A program made the translations under genes and the position numbers. From the NCBI GenBank assembly GCA_951406725.2, contig OX597818.1, positions 99,014,001-99,078,000 on the forward strand: DNA of 64,000 nucleotides, given 5' to 3'. Under the pieces are notes generated by a model, which had not been told where the DNA came from, searched no databases, and saw only the letters and a list, made by a program, of their open reading frames with translations. Origin of the DNA: Octopus vulgaris (taxonomy: Eukaryota). The stretch's first letter is position 1, and each line of letters starts with the position of its first letter. Below are positions 11,898-24,729 of the stretch, piece after piece.

Positions 11898-14414
11898 TCA
11901 AACAATGATGATGATTAAGGAAGACAATCAACTATAATCATAATCATTTGAATTATAATCAAAAAGATACTTTTTATTCACTGCAAGATGAAAAATCCAT
12001 TTGAGCTTTTGATATTCACTGATATAAATATATGCATAAATATATTGTGTGTATGTGTGTGTGTGTATGTGTTTGTGTGTGTACACACATACACACATAT
12101 ATATATGCTTGTGTGCACACACATACGCACACACACATGCTCACACACGTGTGTGTGTGTGTGTGTGCATGTAAAGTGTGTGTATACATATACATGCACA
12201 TGTATGTATATATACACATATATACTATGTAATAGCATTTCTTTCTTTCATTGATTATTCATTTCAATATACATTTTATTTCTTTTTAACGTATGGCAAA
12301 CACACTAAAATACTTATTTGTGCATGCAAAGTAAAAAAACAACATTTAATAAAATATACCAAACAGTTTAGATTGATTGGGGCATGGGGTATATTTATAT
12401 TGTTGATATTGTTGTTGTTGCTGCTGCTGTTGTTGTTGTTGTATATCTAGTTTCAAGTGTTTTTTTAATATTTTCATTTCAACTTATCTCTTTACAACTT
12501 GTTCACACACACAAACGCACAAAGTTATGTTCAATAATGGTAATGATAGCTGTAGTATTAAAGGCAGATTATGCACTTCCCAAAGAGACTGTGAATAAAA
12601 TTTATTTTATTTTTTTCTTTTAAATTAAATTGTTACTTTTGATAGATGACATCATACATATATAATAATGGAAAATACATTTTCTGTATTGTCATTTATC
12701 TTCAGATATTTTTATGCATACAACTGCTTAATGTCTCTTTTATAATCAATATATCCTCCCCTCTTGATTAGCAGACTAGATGCTTTAAGTAGGGTAGGCC
12801 TTGGAATTTGATATGGCACATGATTTTACATACAGATGGTTAATTAATTACAAAAATACATAATCATCAATTTAATAATATATTCAAATATATTTAGTGG
12901 ATATATTTTCAAGAGATACTTGTAAAATGACATCTTAAGGACCTAACTTTTCAAGTTCTGATATAAGTACAATTTAAGAAATTTTCCATTCAACTTATAT
13001 TATCAGCATGTATAAATGTTAGCATTAGCAATGTTATTTCTTTTGCATAAATCTTATATCCTTTTGCTAATCAATTTTTCTGCATTCTGTCCCATACAGC
13101 TTAAGCAATAAAATTTCTTTGACAAATTCCTCTTCAGTTGTTACTTTGATTACAAGTTTTAATACATATTTCTCTAGGATGTGCTTCTATGTACTGTCAA
13201 TACCTACATTTACAATTACAACAGATTCTTTAAACAAAATTACCTTATACATACATGCAAACACATACACCCTGGCTCCATTATAAAGAAAACTACTTTT
13301 AAGAATGTGTATGTGGGCATAACAATACGTCCAAAGCAAAAGGGTAACTTTATAATAACTGTATTGGAAAGGTAGTAAATATATGTGACACATTTGCAAA
13401 AATTGGGAATTGGCATAGGGAATTAGCATTTTCAATCTTTCAATCTCAATAACAAAAAAAAAACAATGCATACATAATTTACAACAAAATATTGAGTAGT
13501 AACAATGTTTCCTTTTTTTTCCACTTTTATAGATTAATTTATACCAATAGATGATTAAATGAAACATACAACTGAAGTAGAACGCTGTCTAGTGAAATTC
13601 ACAAATGTAAAGGGCAGCAACAGACCAAGCAAGTACAGAAAACAAATTTGAGGCATAACAAGAAGCTTGATTATGTGATTGAGGCATTTGATGTTCATTA
13701 AATAAATAATCTGCACTGAATTCAGTTAAGCATGCTCATAACAGTGGAATTCAGACCTGATCAATGGCTGACTCTTTACAGTGCTAACGGTAATTGTATA
13801 TAAGGATACTGCTTACATATTTAAGACATTATTGGTACTACACACACAAATCTTTCAGGTAACTAGAAATACCTGTTCTTCAAAATGCTACAACTACAGG
13901 CTTATAGACATTCTGTATCATCTACTTTTATTATAACAGCTTCTCTTCTCCTCAAACACACACACACACATATAGAGGATTTCTTTCAGTTTCTGTCAAC
14001 CAGATCCACTCAAGGCTTTGATCAGACTAGGGTTATAGCAGAAATTACTTGCCCAAGATAACACACATACTGAACCCAAAACCATGTGATTTGGAAGCAA
14101 AGTTCTTAACCAGAAAAACATACCTGCACCTGTAGCCATGGCTGTGCAATGTAGTATAAATTCTAAAATTAAATCTTATATCAAATGCTCAAGGATACTT
14201 TGTCAGTAGAAATAGATTTTTAACTGGATATTGATCATGAAATTTCAAGTTTAATCAACATTTCTAGCTGGCCACAACTAAATACAATAGAACTTAAAGG
14301 AGATTATAAGTGACATTTCAAATATGAAGGTATAAAACAATTACTTGAAGAGTGTACAATTTGGTAGGTATGAAATGAGCAATGCTTTTTATTGAAATGT
14401 GTGTATGGAGTCTG

Positions 14415-14416
<2 letters not shown>

Positions 14417-14479
<63 letters not shown>

Positions 14480-14518
14480 TTATAGATAGATAGATAGATA
14501 GATAGATATAGATATATA
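14417..14518. repeat. (TATC)n directly followed by (GATA)n
   Basis: Direct reading; the two tracts are complementary. Confidence 0.9.
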
Positions 14519-14540
14519 GGAGGAAGTAAGAAGAAAAATA

Positions 14541-15204
14541 AGTGAAAATGCACATTGGAAATCAAAAAGAGGAAAAGCTTTTTTTGAAAAGTAACGATGG
14601 ATATATACAATTAGATGAACTGAGGTAGAAATAAAAGTAATAAAAGTCATTATTGTGAATTGTTAAAGAGATTCAAAAGCATACCGGTTTTGTGAATTTA
14701 CTAATCATTGCTTCGAATGCACACCGATTAATGAATGATGTCAGGTCTACTAGTCCCTGAGTAAAACGATTGTGTAAGGGAGGTATGTAGTTCTGGATTT
14801 GGTGCAATTAGGGTACATATAGATCTGTAATATGAATGGTGTATGGGATGTATGGGGATTAGTGGTATTAACTGAAAGGTTAGTAGTGTTCTGTATTATG
14901 TTATGTGTTCATATTGAGTTGTTGAAGATATTTATTGATGAAAGTTGCCTCTTTATTCATTCTTTGTTGTACTGAAACGTTTTACTCACTAATTAGTAGA
15001 CCTGACACCGTTCATTAATCGGTGTGCATTCAAAGCAATGATTAGTAAATTCACAAAACTGGTATGTTTTTGAATCTCTTCAACAATTCACATGAATGAC
15101 TTTTATTGCTTTTATTCCTACCTCAGTTCATCTAATTGTATATATCTATCGTAACTTTTCATAAAAAGTCTTTACTTTTTTGATTTCCAATGTGCATTTT
15201 CGCT
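14541..15204. repeat. Fold-back element, ~228-bp inverted arms with ~210-bp spacer
   Basis: 14541-14768 is the reverse complement of 14978-15204 (e.g. GAATGCACACCGATTAATGAA vs TTCATTAATCGGTGTGCATTC); moderately diverged; no intact HHR core seen. Confidence 0.85.
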
Positions 15205-15285
15205 TTGCCCTTACATTTCCGCATGTAGTTTCTATTTTCTTTTTTTATCATATTTCTATAGATGTATACATACATACATACAGAA

Positions 15286-18200
15286 TAATAAATGGAATGG
15301 AGAAAGATCAAATCAGGCAAACTACAATGAACATATATCTATACGGATTTGATTAAGATAAAAATTGCTCAAAAAACATATATTGATATATTAAAAATAC
15401 ATATAAAAATATATATAGACATAAAATATATGAATATATAAACATAGTAATAATATAATGGAGTATATGATTACAGATAAAAATGTTTTTTAAAAAAAGA
15501 ATTACAGATATAGTGAAGAGAAAATAATAGGCATCAAAATAAATTTTAGGTTACATATTAAAAGAAAATATTCCTATGGCTCTGTTTCAGGGGTTCAATC
15601 CCCCAAGTAAAAAATAGATCTTATAATTCATTTTCAGAGAACATTTCCTTCATTGGGGGAAAAAGTGATGTTTACGGTAGAAATGCATTCAGTTTGTTGC
15701 CAAGGTATGAGTGGAATGGAAACTTTTATGGAAGAACAGATATATTTATGCAAATGGTGGAAGTTATCTGAGGGACAATGGGAGTAAAAGTTACATTATT
15801 TAGTGTCTTTATTAAAATTTATATTTATACTAGCTGACCCAGTGCCATCAAAAATGATGGTCAATTGTAGTATTTTATATATAAATAAGGTATGACATAA
15901 AGTACTTAATAATCACAGACACAAACATTCACATACTTCACTTGTACACACACACACCCATACGCATATACTCAGAGTTGTAATACTGTACGAATTTTCT
16001 TTTCAGCATTGAACATTTACCATCCCATTTCCATTGTGTGTGCGCACACACACACACACACACACACAAACAAGCATTCACATACCTCCCTTTTACATAC
16101 ACACACATATACCCACAGAGTTAGAACACTGATTTTTTTTCCATTCCTTCCTTTCTCATTCATATGTTGTGACAGAGGAAAATAGAAGATACATGATGTG
16201 CTCTTTGCCACTTTCTTTCTCTCATTGCTATTACTTTCTCTCACACTCTCTCAGTCAGGGCTATTACTCTCACTACTTCTTCATTGAATTACTATTTTCT
16301 CTCCTCTCCCTTCACTTATACTACTCTTTCTCCTATTCCGTGATTCTGGACAAATATATATATATACAAATATATAAAAACACTACACTCATTATTATCA
16401 AGAGATTGGCAGTATCGTGTTACAGGCAACATGATGTTAATTTGTGCAGCGTAACTTAGTAAGGCTATTGTTGAGTACATTAGGATTTAAAAAGTCTCAT
16501 GAAAGTTGAGTAATATCTGTGTTTACATGAACGAATAGCATCAGAAAACTTATTTAATACGGTAGAATTATAGAGGCAGATTCTTTTATGTACATTCTAC
16601 ATCTGTCCATAATTGTGCTGTATGGTGTGTGTGTGTGTGTTGGTGGTGGGGGGACTCATTTATAAAAGGCCAAGATAATGTATAATTGACATTCTGCAAT
16701 TTTAAATCCTGAATGTAAGCTAGTGCCACTGAGTTTTTATATTTTAGCTTACTGAATGAATTTAAATGGGTTTCTTATCGTCTCTTAAAATCTATAGTGC
16801 TTCCTATGTATACTCTTACTTGATGTTTGTCATTTGCCACACTGCATTTATATATTACATTTTTTTTGTAAACAAAATCCAGGGACCCTACAATTACGAG
16901 TTTTTGCATTCTTATCTTCAATTTCACTCGGATTTATTTAGGATGTGTTGAGTTGGCCTATGTTTAGTTGGGATTGATTGCACTTAGATTTACATACACT
17001 TACTTTTTTTGTTTTACAAATTTTATTTGGACTTATATGGGGTAACTTATGGTGATCTAAGCTTTTAGTCATTTGAAGTTGGAGTTTATTTCTATTGTCA
17101 CACTTAATTTAAACACTTAGTTATATTACCTTTACTGGAAACCAAATCAAACATTACACTATATAAACACTTTCTCTAATCATCCTAAATGAACTCTCGA
17201 TGGTATCATTGTGGCTATCTCTATTAGAATCTCTAACCTATCAGCAAACAAGGAGATCTTTAATGTACATGCCCCATTTTATAATCAAGCGCTAAAATAA
17301 AGAGGTTTTCAAGATCATATTTTCTACATCTTCGACACCAAACTCAAAACCAAATTAACTAATCTCCCATCTGACATCAATCTTGAAATTACTAATACGA
17401 TTTCTTCCTTAAATTATAAAAATATAAGAAAAAATTTTGTTGACCATACTAAACTTCAAAACCTGTTCTATATCTGAACACCCTACTGTAGTAACCCACT
17501 CTAAATCTAGAAAAATGGAAATTATTTGGTTTGCCCTCCCCCCTCCCATTTTCTCTCAGAGTTAAAAATTTACCAAAACTGTTCTTTAAGATTCTGAAAT
17601 TAAATTTTCCTAAGTATCACAAATATTACCCCATATTTAACAAACACTATAAAGTTATCTTACTCTACCACACCAAATTTAGGATCTATAATTGCATCCA
17701 CAAGTAGAAATAAACTCCAATTTCAAATGACTAAAAGCTTAGTTCACCATAAGGTATCCCATATAAGTCCAAATAAAATTAATAAAACAAAAAAAGTAAA
17801 TCTAAATCTAAATGCAATCAATCCCAACTAAACATGGGCCAACCCAACACAACCTAAATAAATCCGAATAAAATCAAAGAATGCAAAAACTTGTGATTGT
17901 AGGGTCCCTGAATTATGTCTGCTCGCTAGATTTGTTTACAAAAAAATGTAATATATAAATGCAGTGTGGCAAATGACAAACATCAAGTAAGAGTATACAT
18001 AGGAAGCACTATAGATTTTAAGAGACGATAAGAAACCCATTTAAATTCATTCAGTAAGCTAAAATATAAAAACTCAGTGGCACTAGCTTACATACAGGAT
18101 TTAAAATTGCAGAACATCAATTATACATTATCTTGGCCTTTTATAGATGAGTCCTCCCCACCCTCACACGAACACACACACACCATACAACACAATTATG

Positions 18201-18970
18201 GGCAGATGTAGAATGTACATAAAAGAATCTGCCTCTATAATTCTACCGTATTAAATAAGTTTTCCGATGATATTCATTCATGTAACCACAGATATTACTC
18301 AACTTTCATGAGACTTTTTAAATCTGAATGTACTCAACAATAGCCTAACTAAGTTACACCGCACAACTTAACATCATATTGCCTGTAACACGATACTGCC
18401 AATATAAATTTTAATTTTAATAAAGACACTAAGTAATGTAACTTTTACTCCCATCAGCCTTCTTATAGACTTCCACCATTTGCACAGATATATCTGTTCT
18501 TCCATAAAAGCTTTCAGTTACCTCATAATTGACAACAAACTTAATACATTTCTACCGTAAACATCACTTTTCCCTGATGAAGGAGACATTCTTTGAAAAT
18601 GAATTTTAAGTTTCACATTTTACTCGGAGGATTGAACCCTTGAAACAGTCGAAGGAATATTTTCTTTTAATATGTAATCTAAAACTTTTTTGATGCCTAT
18701 TATTTTCTCTTCACAATATCTTTAATTCTTGTTTTTAAAAAAAGATAATCTATGATCATATACTTCATTATATTATTACTATGTTTGTATATTCATATAT
18801 TTATATGACCATGTATATTTTTAATATTCACATATTTTTAGATGTATTTTTATATGTATTTTTTATATATCAATTTAAGATTTTTGGACAATTTTTATCT
18901 TAATTAAATCTGTATACATATGTGTTCATTGTAGTTTGCCTGATTTGAACTTTCTCTGTTCAATTTATTA
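15286..18970. mobile_element. Naiad-type Penelope-like element, two 5'-truncated copies head-to-head
   Basis: Arms 15286-17094 (with a ~580-bp insertion) and 17705-18970 are inverted copies. Plus strand from ~17180 gives ISIRISNLSANKEIFNVHAPFYNQALK (thumb), FPKYHKYYPIFNK, CDCRVPELC (CxCx5C) and NVIYKCSV...VYIGSTIDFKRR*ETH (GIY-YIG); HHR-like motif at 18570-18657. Confidence 0.88.
15826..16405. mobile_element. Helitron/Helentron-like non-autonomous insertion within the PLE left arm
   Basis: Absent from the right arm, where the site reads TTTATATT|GGCAGTATCG. Starts TATACTAGCTGACCC, ends ATCAAGAGA, has CA microsatellites and no clear TSD. Class is inferred. Confidence 0.6.
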
Positions 18971-19009
18971 TACTTGTCTAATGTTTCAGGTTCAGCTTGA
19001 GCATTTCTA

Positions 19010-19560
19010 TGCGGTATGTACCTTTCATAAGAAAAATATAACTATATATATCCAGATTGTCACTTAGGCATGTACTCACGAAAACATTTGTAGTAATTAT
19101 TATCAGTATAAATGTGAATTTATAATCTGGATTGAGAAGCTTGTGGTTTCAAAGCAGTTATTGATAGTTATCCTCTTTCTCTTTGATTTTCAAAGAGATA
19201 TTCACATCATCTGAACAGATGGCCTCAATGATCATACATACTTTGTCTTGTCTATCTCAAACAACAATATCTGGCCTTTTATGTTAGCACTTGGCAGATG
19301 TTTTGATAGGAATATTCCACTAGTATTCCTTGTGCTGATGTTTGTGTGAATATATTCAATAAGAGGAGGATTCTCTAGATTTAGTCCATGACAGTATTTT
19401 TACTAATTGATGCTGCATATTGTTTTTGTGACAATATTGTGTCGCATACAGCGATAGTATCAATAACATTTTTAAGCAGCTATTAATCACGTGTGATGTT
19501 TTCAGTAGAAATATGACATAATGTACATTTTCAGCTGTGTGTGCATGTTGACATCTGCAT
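19010..19560 (-). mobile_element. RLE-type non-LTR retrotransposon 3' fragment (R4/NeSL-like)
   Basis: Minus strand CTLCHISTENIT (zinc knuckle remnant) and WNIPIKTSAKC*HKRPDIVV*DRQDKVCMIIE...KIKEKEDNY (PD-D/E nuclease). Confidence 0.7.
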
Positions 19561-20429
19561 TTGGATATGTGAAAATTATGGCATTAGGGGATTGTTGTTC
19601 TTAGCACTTCAGCTAATAAATTATCTGCTTACTGTGTACTATCAAAACCACATAGAATAACAGGCCTCTTGCTTGAAGAATAGATAACGGTTGACATCAA
19701 GAGGTGTATCCAGTTGTAAAACTATGCCTCAATAACATATTCCTCAAACCTAGTCATCACATTCTCATTCCTACCTTTCCACCAACTCATATCTATCATC
19801 TAGCAATCCTCCACCCTTGCTTATCATTTGCTATATTCACTCCTACCTACACCTCTAATCATCTATCACTCTCTTCACACACCATAGGGACCTCTACCCA
19901 CCAACCCTACCTGATATTCTGTTCCCACTATCATTTCTATTCACCTTCTTGTACATTGAAGGGACCCATTAATATTCTGTGACCACCAACTTTATCTAGC
20001 AAGAAACCTGTTCCTTCTTCCATGCCTAAACTTCTCAACACTAAGCACAAAACTCTTTTCCCATTTCTTTTATACTCAGTTGAGGAAGCTCTTTAGGCTA
20101 GTGACTTACATAACAACTTCACATGTGCTGGTGCTAAGTAAAAAGCATCCAGTATGATCTGTTAGGTGATTGGCATTAGGAAGAGCATTTAACAGAAGAG
20201 TGCATGTCAAATCAGACCCTCAAGCAGAACACAGCCCTCTGACTAGTCAAATCCTAAGCTAGCATTAAAAAAAAGAGTTCAGTGGTGATGATGGTATTTG
20301 TATTTATGTGTATGCATATGTTTGTATACTGTATATTTATGTATATCTGAAAGGTTTTTAAGTATAAATATATGTATGTGTGTGTGTGTGTGTGTGTGAG
20401 TGAGAGAGAGAGAGAGCAAGAGCTGATAA

Positions 20430-20485
<56 letters not shown>

Positions 20486-20496
20486 TCATATATATG

Positions 20497-21465
20497 TCCA
20501 TCATGCCTTTACAAACACTTCAGCATCAAGTGTTTTACTTTATCATTTGATGTTAAGTATGTATCTCAAACATCTTAGATGGAAGCACTCAAACAGTTCA
20601 AGATGCCTATAGTGTACTGTCCATGTTCCAGAAGCATACAGTAGAGCTGTTAGAATGCAAGCCTTGTAAAAACTCAGCTTGGTTTTCTTGATGATGCTCT
20701 GATTTGCCCAGACTCTCTTTTCAAGCTTCCCAAATGCTATAGATGCTCTTTGAATGTGTATATGTATTTCTGCATTTAAGGAGCCATCTCTCAACAATAC
20801 GCTGCACAAGTAAACAAAAGTGTCAACTACACCCAATCTTGTGCCCTTTACATTATCTGGTTTGATATACAGTTCACCTGGTGCAGGTGTGAACATTACC
20901 TTGTTTTCTTTACCAGACTTATTTTAAGATCAAAGGCTGTACATGAAACAACAAAACAGCCCATAACATGTTGTATATCATCAGCAGTGTGAGCCATGAG
21001 GTCAACATCACCTGCATGAAAGAATTTCCTGATCAAATGTTTCCAACTTGAAGTTGAACCTTCTCAAGTTGAAGACTCTTGTAGTAGTTCTGAACTGCAA
21101 GAAGACATCCTTATCACAGTTGTGGAATGCACGTGTAAGCAGAGCAGCAATGAGTATAAAAAAAGGGTGAGAGCAAGAATTTCACTTTGCTTTACTCCAC
21201 TGTCAATTAGAATTTAATCAAAGAATTTTCTGTTAAAGACAACCCAAGTTTTCATGTCTTCCTGCAACTGTTTAAACATACTGACAAATAGAGGTGGGCA
21301 CCAAACATTTCCAAGGGTTGTCTACAATGTATCTCTGTTATCTGTTTCAAAAACATTTGTTAAATCAACAAAGACTTAATATAAAGGCCCCTGCAGTTCA
21401 GTGCATCTCTCTTGTCTAGAAGAGAATATCATGTTCACTTTCCTCTATCCGATCTAAAGCCACTC
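20497..21465 (-). mobile_element. RTE-clade LINE, inverted RT segment
   Basis: VFVDL, FVYLCSVL, RASIAFGKLEKRVW, TKLSFYKACILTALLYASGTW, FHLRCLRYILNIK. Confidence 0.85.
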
Positions 21466-21469
21466 ATCA

Positions 21470-22165
21470 TATCTACTTATATGTGTTGGGCAGCTCTTGT
21501 GCATATGGGAAATAATGGGATTCCGAAGCTATTCAATGGTGAGCAGTGTACTTAAAAGCATCCTCAGCACAAACCAAAATAAAGGTACAAAGACCGCATA
21601 AGAGGTAACCTGAATGAACTGAAAATCTGTGTAAAGAACTGGGAAGAATTAGCTGTGGAAAGAGTCGAGTGGAGGAAGTGTATAGGGGACGGTTGTAAAA
21701 CTTTTAAAGAAGATTGCATTGAGCATGAAATCCTAAAGCAGTTGCGTCAAAGTGGCTATTACCAGAACCTCAGTGAGAACATAAAGTTTGGGAGGTGTGA
21801 AACATTTGGTCATGTACTCCTTTCTAAGGCTGTGTATGTCAACAATATGACATTCCATGAAAAATCAAATGTATGCAATGTCCTTCCTCCAAGGCTAAGT
21901 GATTCCAAATGCATAGTATGTGAAACAGTTTGCAAATTGATTTCAGGACTGAAGAGAGATATGGTAATTCACAGGTATCATATCTCACAAAGTGATCAGA
22001 TCAATCCAGTGGAAGTTACAACTTTCATTTGTCACCTATGTTTCAAACTATGCAATGGGACTGAATAGTTATATAAGAGGTCATAGATGGAATGTCAGAA
22101 ATGACATTGACAACAACAAAGCACAGAGAGATGACAATCATCTGTGAAGATTAAACAATCACTAT
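21470..22165 (+). mobile_element. RTE-clade LINE 3' segment (C-terminus, C2H2-like fingers, 3' UTR)
   Basis: CWAALVHMGNNGIPK, RYKDRIRGNL, WEELAVERVEWRKCI, CIVCETVCK...H; continues the protein of 20497-21465. Confidence 0.8.
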
Positions 22166-22170
22166 ATTAT

Positions 22171-22200
<30 letters not shown>

Positions 22201-22202
<2 letters not shown>

Positions 22203-22387
22203 CTGGCATGTAAAAAGCACCCACTACACTCACGGAGTGGTTGGCGTTAGGAAGGGCATCCAGCTGTAGAAACATTGCCAAATCAGACTGGGCCTGGTGC
22301 AGCCTTCTGGCTTCCCAGACCCCTGCTGAACTGTGCAACCCATGCTAGCATGGAAAGCGGATGCTAAACGATGATGATGATGTTGAT
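22201..22387 (+). mobile_element. Same SINE family, 5'-truncated
   Basis: AAAAAGCACCCACTACACTCACGGAGTGGTTGGCGTTAGGAAGGGCATC...(GAT)n. Confidence 0.85.
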
Positions 22388-23359
22388 ATGTAAAATCATA
22401 TATATGAATAACAGAAAAACCTAATAGTGTGTACCTTCTATAAATTTAACTGTGTTTATCCTATGAAATTTATCATTTACATAGAATTAATCTATAGACT
22501 GTGGCAATAGATTAATTCCAAATAAAATAGAAAAGTTGCCAAACATTAGATATGTTATTCATCCTGAGTCATGTTTAAAGTTGGGTGACAATACATGGAT
22601 AAATAGAGAATTTATGAAAGGACATCTACAAAATAGTTATTTAGAACAAGTGCAAATTATATGTGTGGTAATTGAATTTGAAAAGCATATATCTGCTACC
22701 GCCACTTAACTGTTAATTATCTTCTATTGTATTGTCTTATTTTCCAGCTGAAAGATATTGGCAAGACTTGTTTTGCTACTTCTGTATTGCTACTCTATAA
22801 ATATGATGTGCATCTATCTTGATATGAAATATTCCACCTTTCTTCAGTTTTATTATTTGATTAACTATTCTATCAAATCATCATACTGTTCTTTTCCTCA
22901 ATACACATGTGTTTTAATGCTCAGTGTGCTCTATGACATGCAGCTATCCTAATCAATTATCTATCAGTTCGTCAAGGTACTATTAATACTATTTAGAAAA
23001 TGGTCTTTCCATAAACATCTTTCAGTTTATCCCTGCTTCTATTAATTTCACAATAAACCAGCTTATCAGCAACTTAATGAAGTAGAGAATCATTTCTTTT
23101 GTCAGTTTCTTCTAGAGTTTACAACCTGTGGTGCTTGCATGATTATTTAATAGAGGCAGCTAACCTATAAAACTAAGTTATAATGAATAAGACTAGCCAC
23201 ATCCTAGTTTGAAATTCCAGCCTGATCCAAGCATATATAGGATATACACACAAGTTCATATGTCTATATTTAAGTGTCTGCATGTATATGGTATAGAAAT
23301 ATGACATAAGATGATCAGAGAATAAGGTATTTTTTTTATTTTTATATTTTTTTAAATTT

Positions 23360-23605
23360 TATCTAGTTTCAGCTCATGAGCTGTGGCCATGCTGAGGCAC
23401 CACCATTCGGTGTTGCTACATGATTTTACTTCACAAATGCTTTTTAGCATTTGATTTGGTGCATGAGAGAGTTTGATGCAGCTGCCCTCATCTGCACCTC
23501 CTGCCGTGAAGTTGGTTCATCTGGGACACCTGACAGGAAGAGATCCAGTTTTATTTTAAAGACATCTGCATCCACCCCATGCAGGTCTCTCAGGTCCTTC
23601 AGGAG
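23360..23605 (-). mobile_element. CR1/L2-group LINE 3' end
   Basis: KDLRDLHGVDADVFKIKLDLFLSGVPDEP...NSL, then 3' tail GGTGCCTCAGCATGGCCACAGCTCATGAGCTGAAAC. Confidence 0.75.
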
Positions 23606-24377
23606 GATATATGTAGATAAAAATGCAAATACAAGAGGTTGTTCATTAAATATAGCCAAAACTATTTATAATTCTGGAGAATTATATAAACTTAGTTACC
23701 ATGACTAATGAAATAATTTAGAAATTCCTTTTATTGTTTCTTTATATTTCTTATGTATTTCTTGTATGCATACAACACATAAGTTTCTTTCATGTAGTGA
23801 GGCTATACTAATTAGCTGAATCATAAGCTTCAGATGCAGACAATAATGATGGATTCTACTTAGTTTTATAATTTTTATTTATTTATTTATTTATTTAAAA
23901 AAATAGAATATTTACTTGGATTCTATAATTTGAGAATTACTAATTCCCAATTGATATATTAAACAAAAATTTTAAAGAGGAAATAATTTCCAGGTAGTTA
24001 ATAAAAAAGACAAATAATTAGTGTCATCTATAAGAACATTGGTTAATTTGTTTCTTGAAGCATTTATGGATTTCAGTTATTAATTTATGCATACGTATCT
24101 TTTTAGTGTTCACATTTATTGATTCCTTTTTATTGCATTTTAATTTTGCTTTATTTCTATGACGGAAATCAATGTTTGCAATTAAATATAAAAATAGATT
24201 TCAAGAAAAGGTTTTTAACATGATAGAAGTATGAGAATCTAAAGAATTCGTGAGAATTGCTAATTCAGTAAAAACAAAACAAAAAAAAGCATTACCCATT
24301 AAAAATACAGATGTCAAAATCATAAAATGATTTACAGTGATGTCAACAACTAAATAATAAGCAGGCATTCACCAACA

Positions 24378-24534
24378 GAAGAAGAAGAAGAAGAAGAAGA
24401 AGAAGAAGAAGAAGAAGAAGAAGAAGAAGAAGAAGAAGAAGAAGGAGGAGGAGGAGGAGGAGAAGAAGAAGGAGGAGGAGGAGGAGGAGGAGAAGAAGAA
24501 GAAGAAAGAAGAAGAAGAAGAAGAAGAAGAAGAA
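24378..24534. repeat. (GAA)n/(GAG)n purine microsatellite
   Basis: Direct reading. Confidence 0.95.
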
Positions 24535-24698
24535 ATGAAGTACAAAATGGAAGCTATAACAACTCAAGAGGAGACTACTGGTCATTTTTTCAGTTAAGCA
24601 AAACGTCAGAATAAAAAAAGTTGCAGTTGGTTAAATAAAATTAGTATGATGGCAAAACATAACACATGCATACATGCACACACACACACACACACACA

Positions 24699-24729
<31 letters not shown>

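Noticed and set aside
24343-24585. Poly-Leu/Phe ORF
   Set aside because: Reverse reading of the (GAA)/(GAG) microsatellite.
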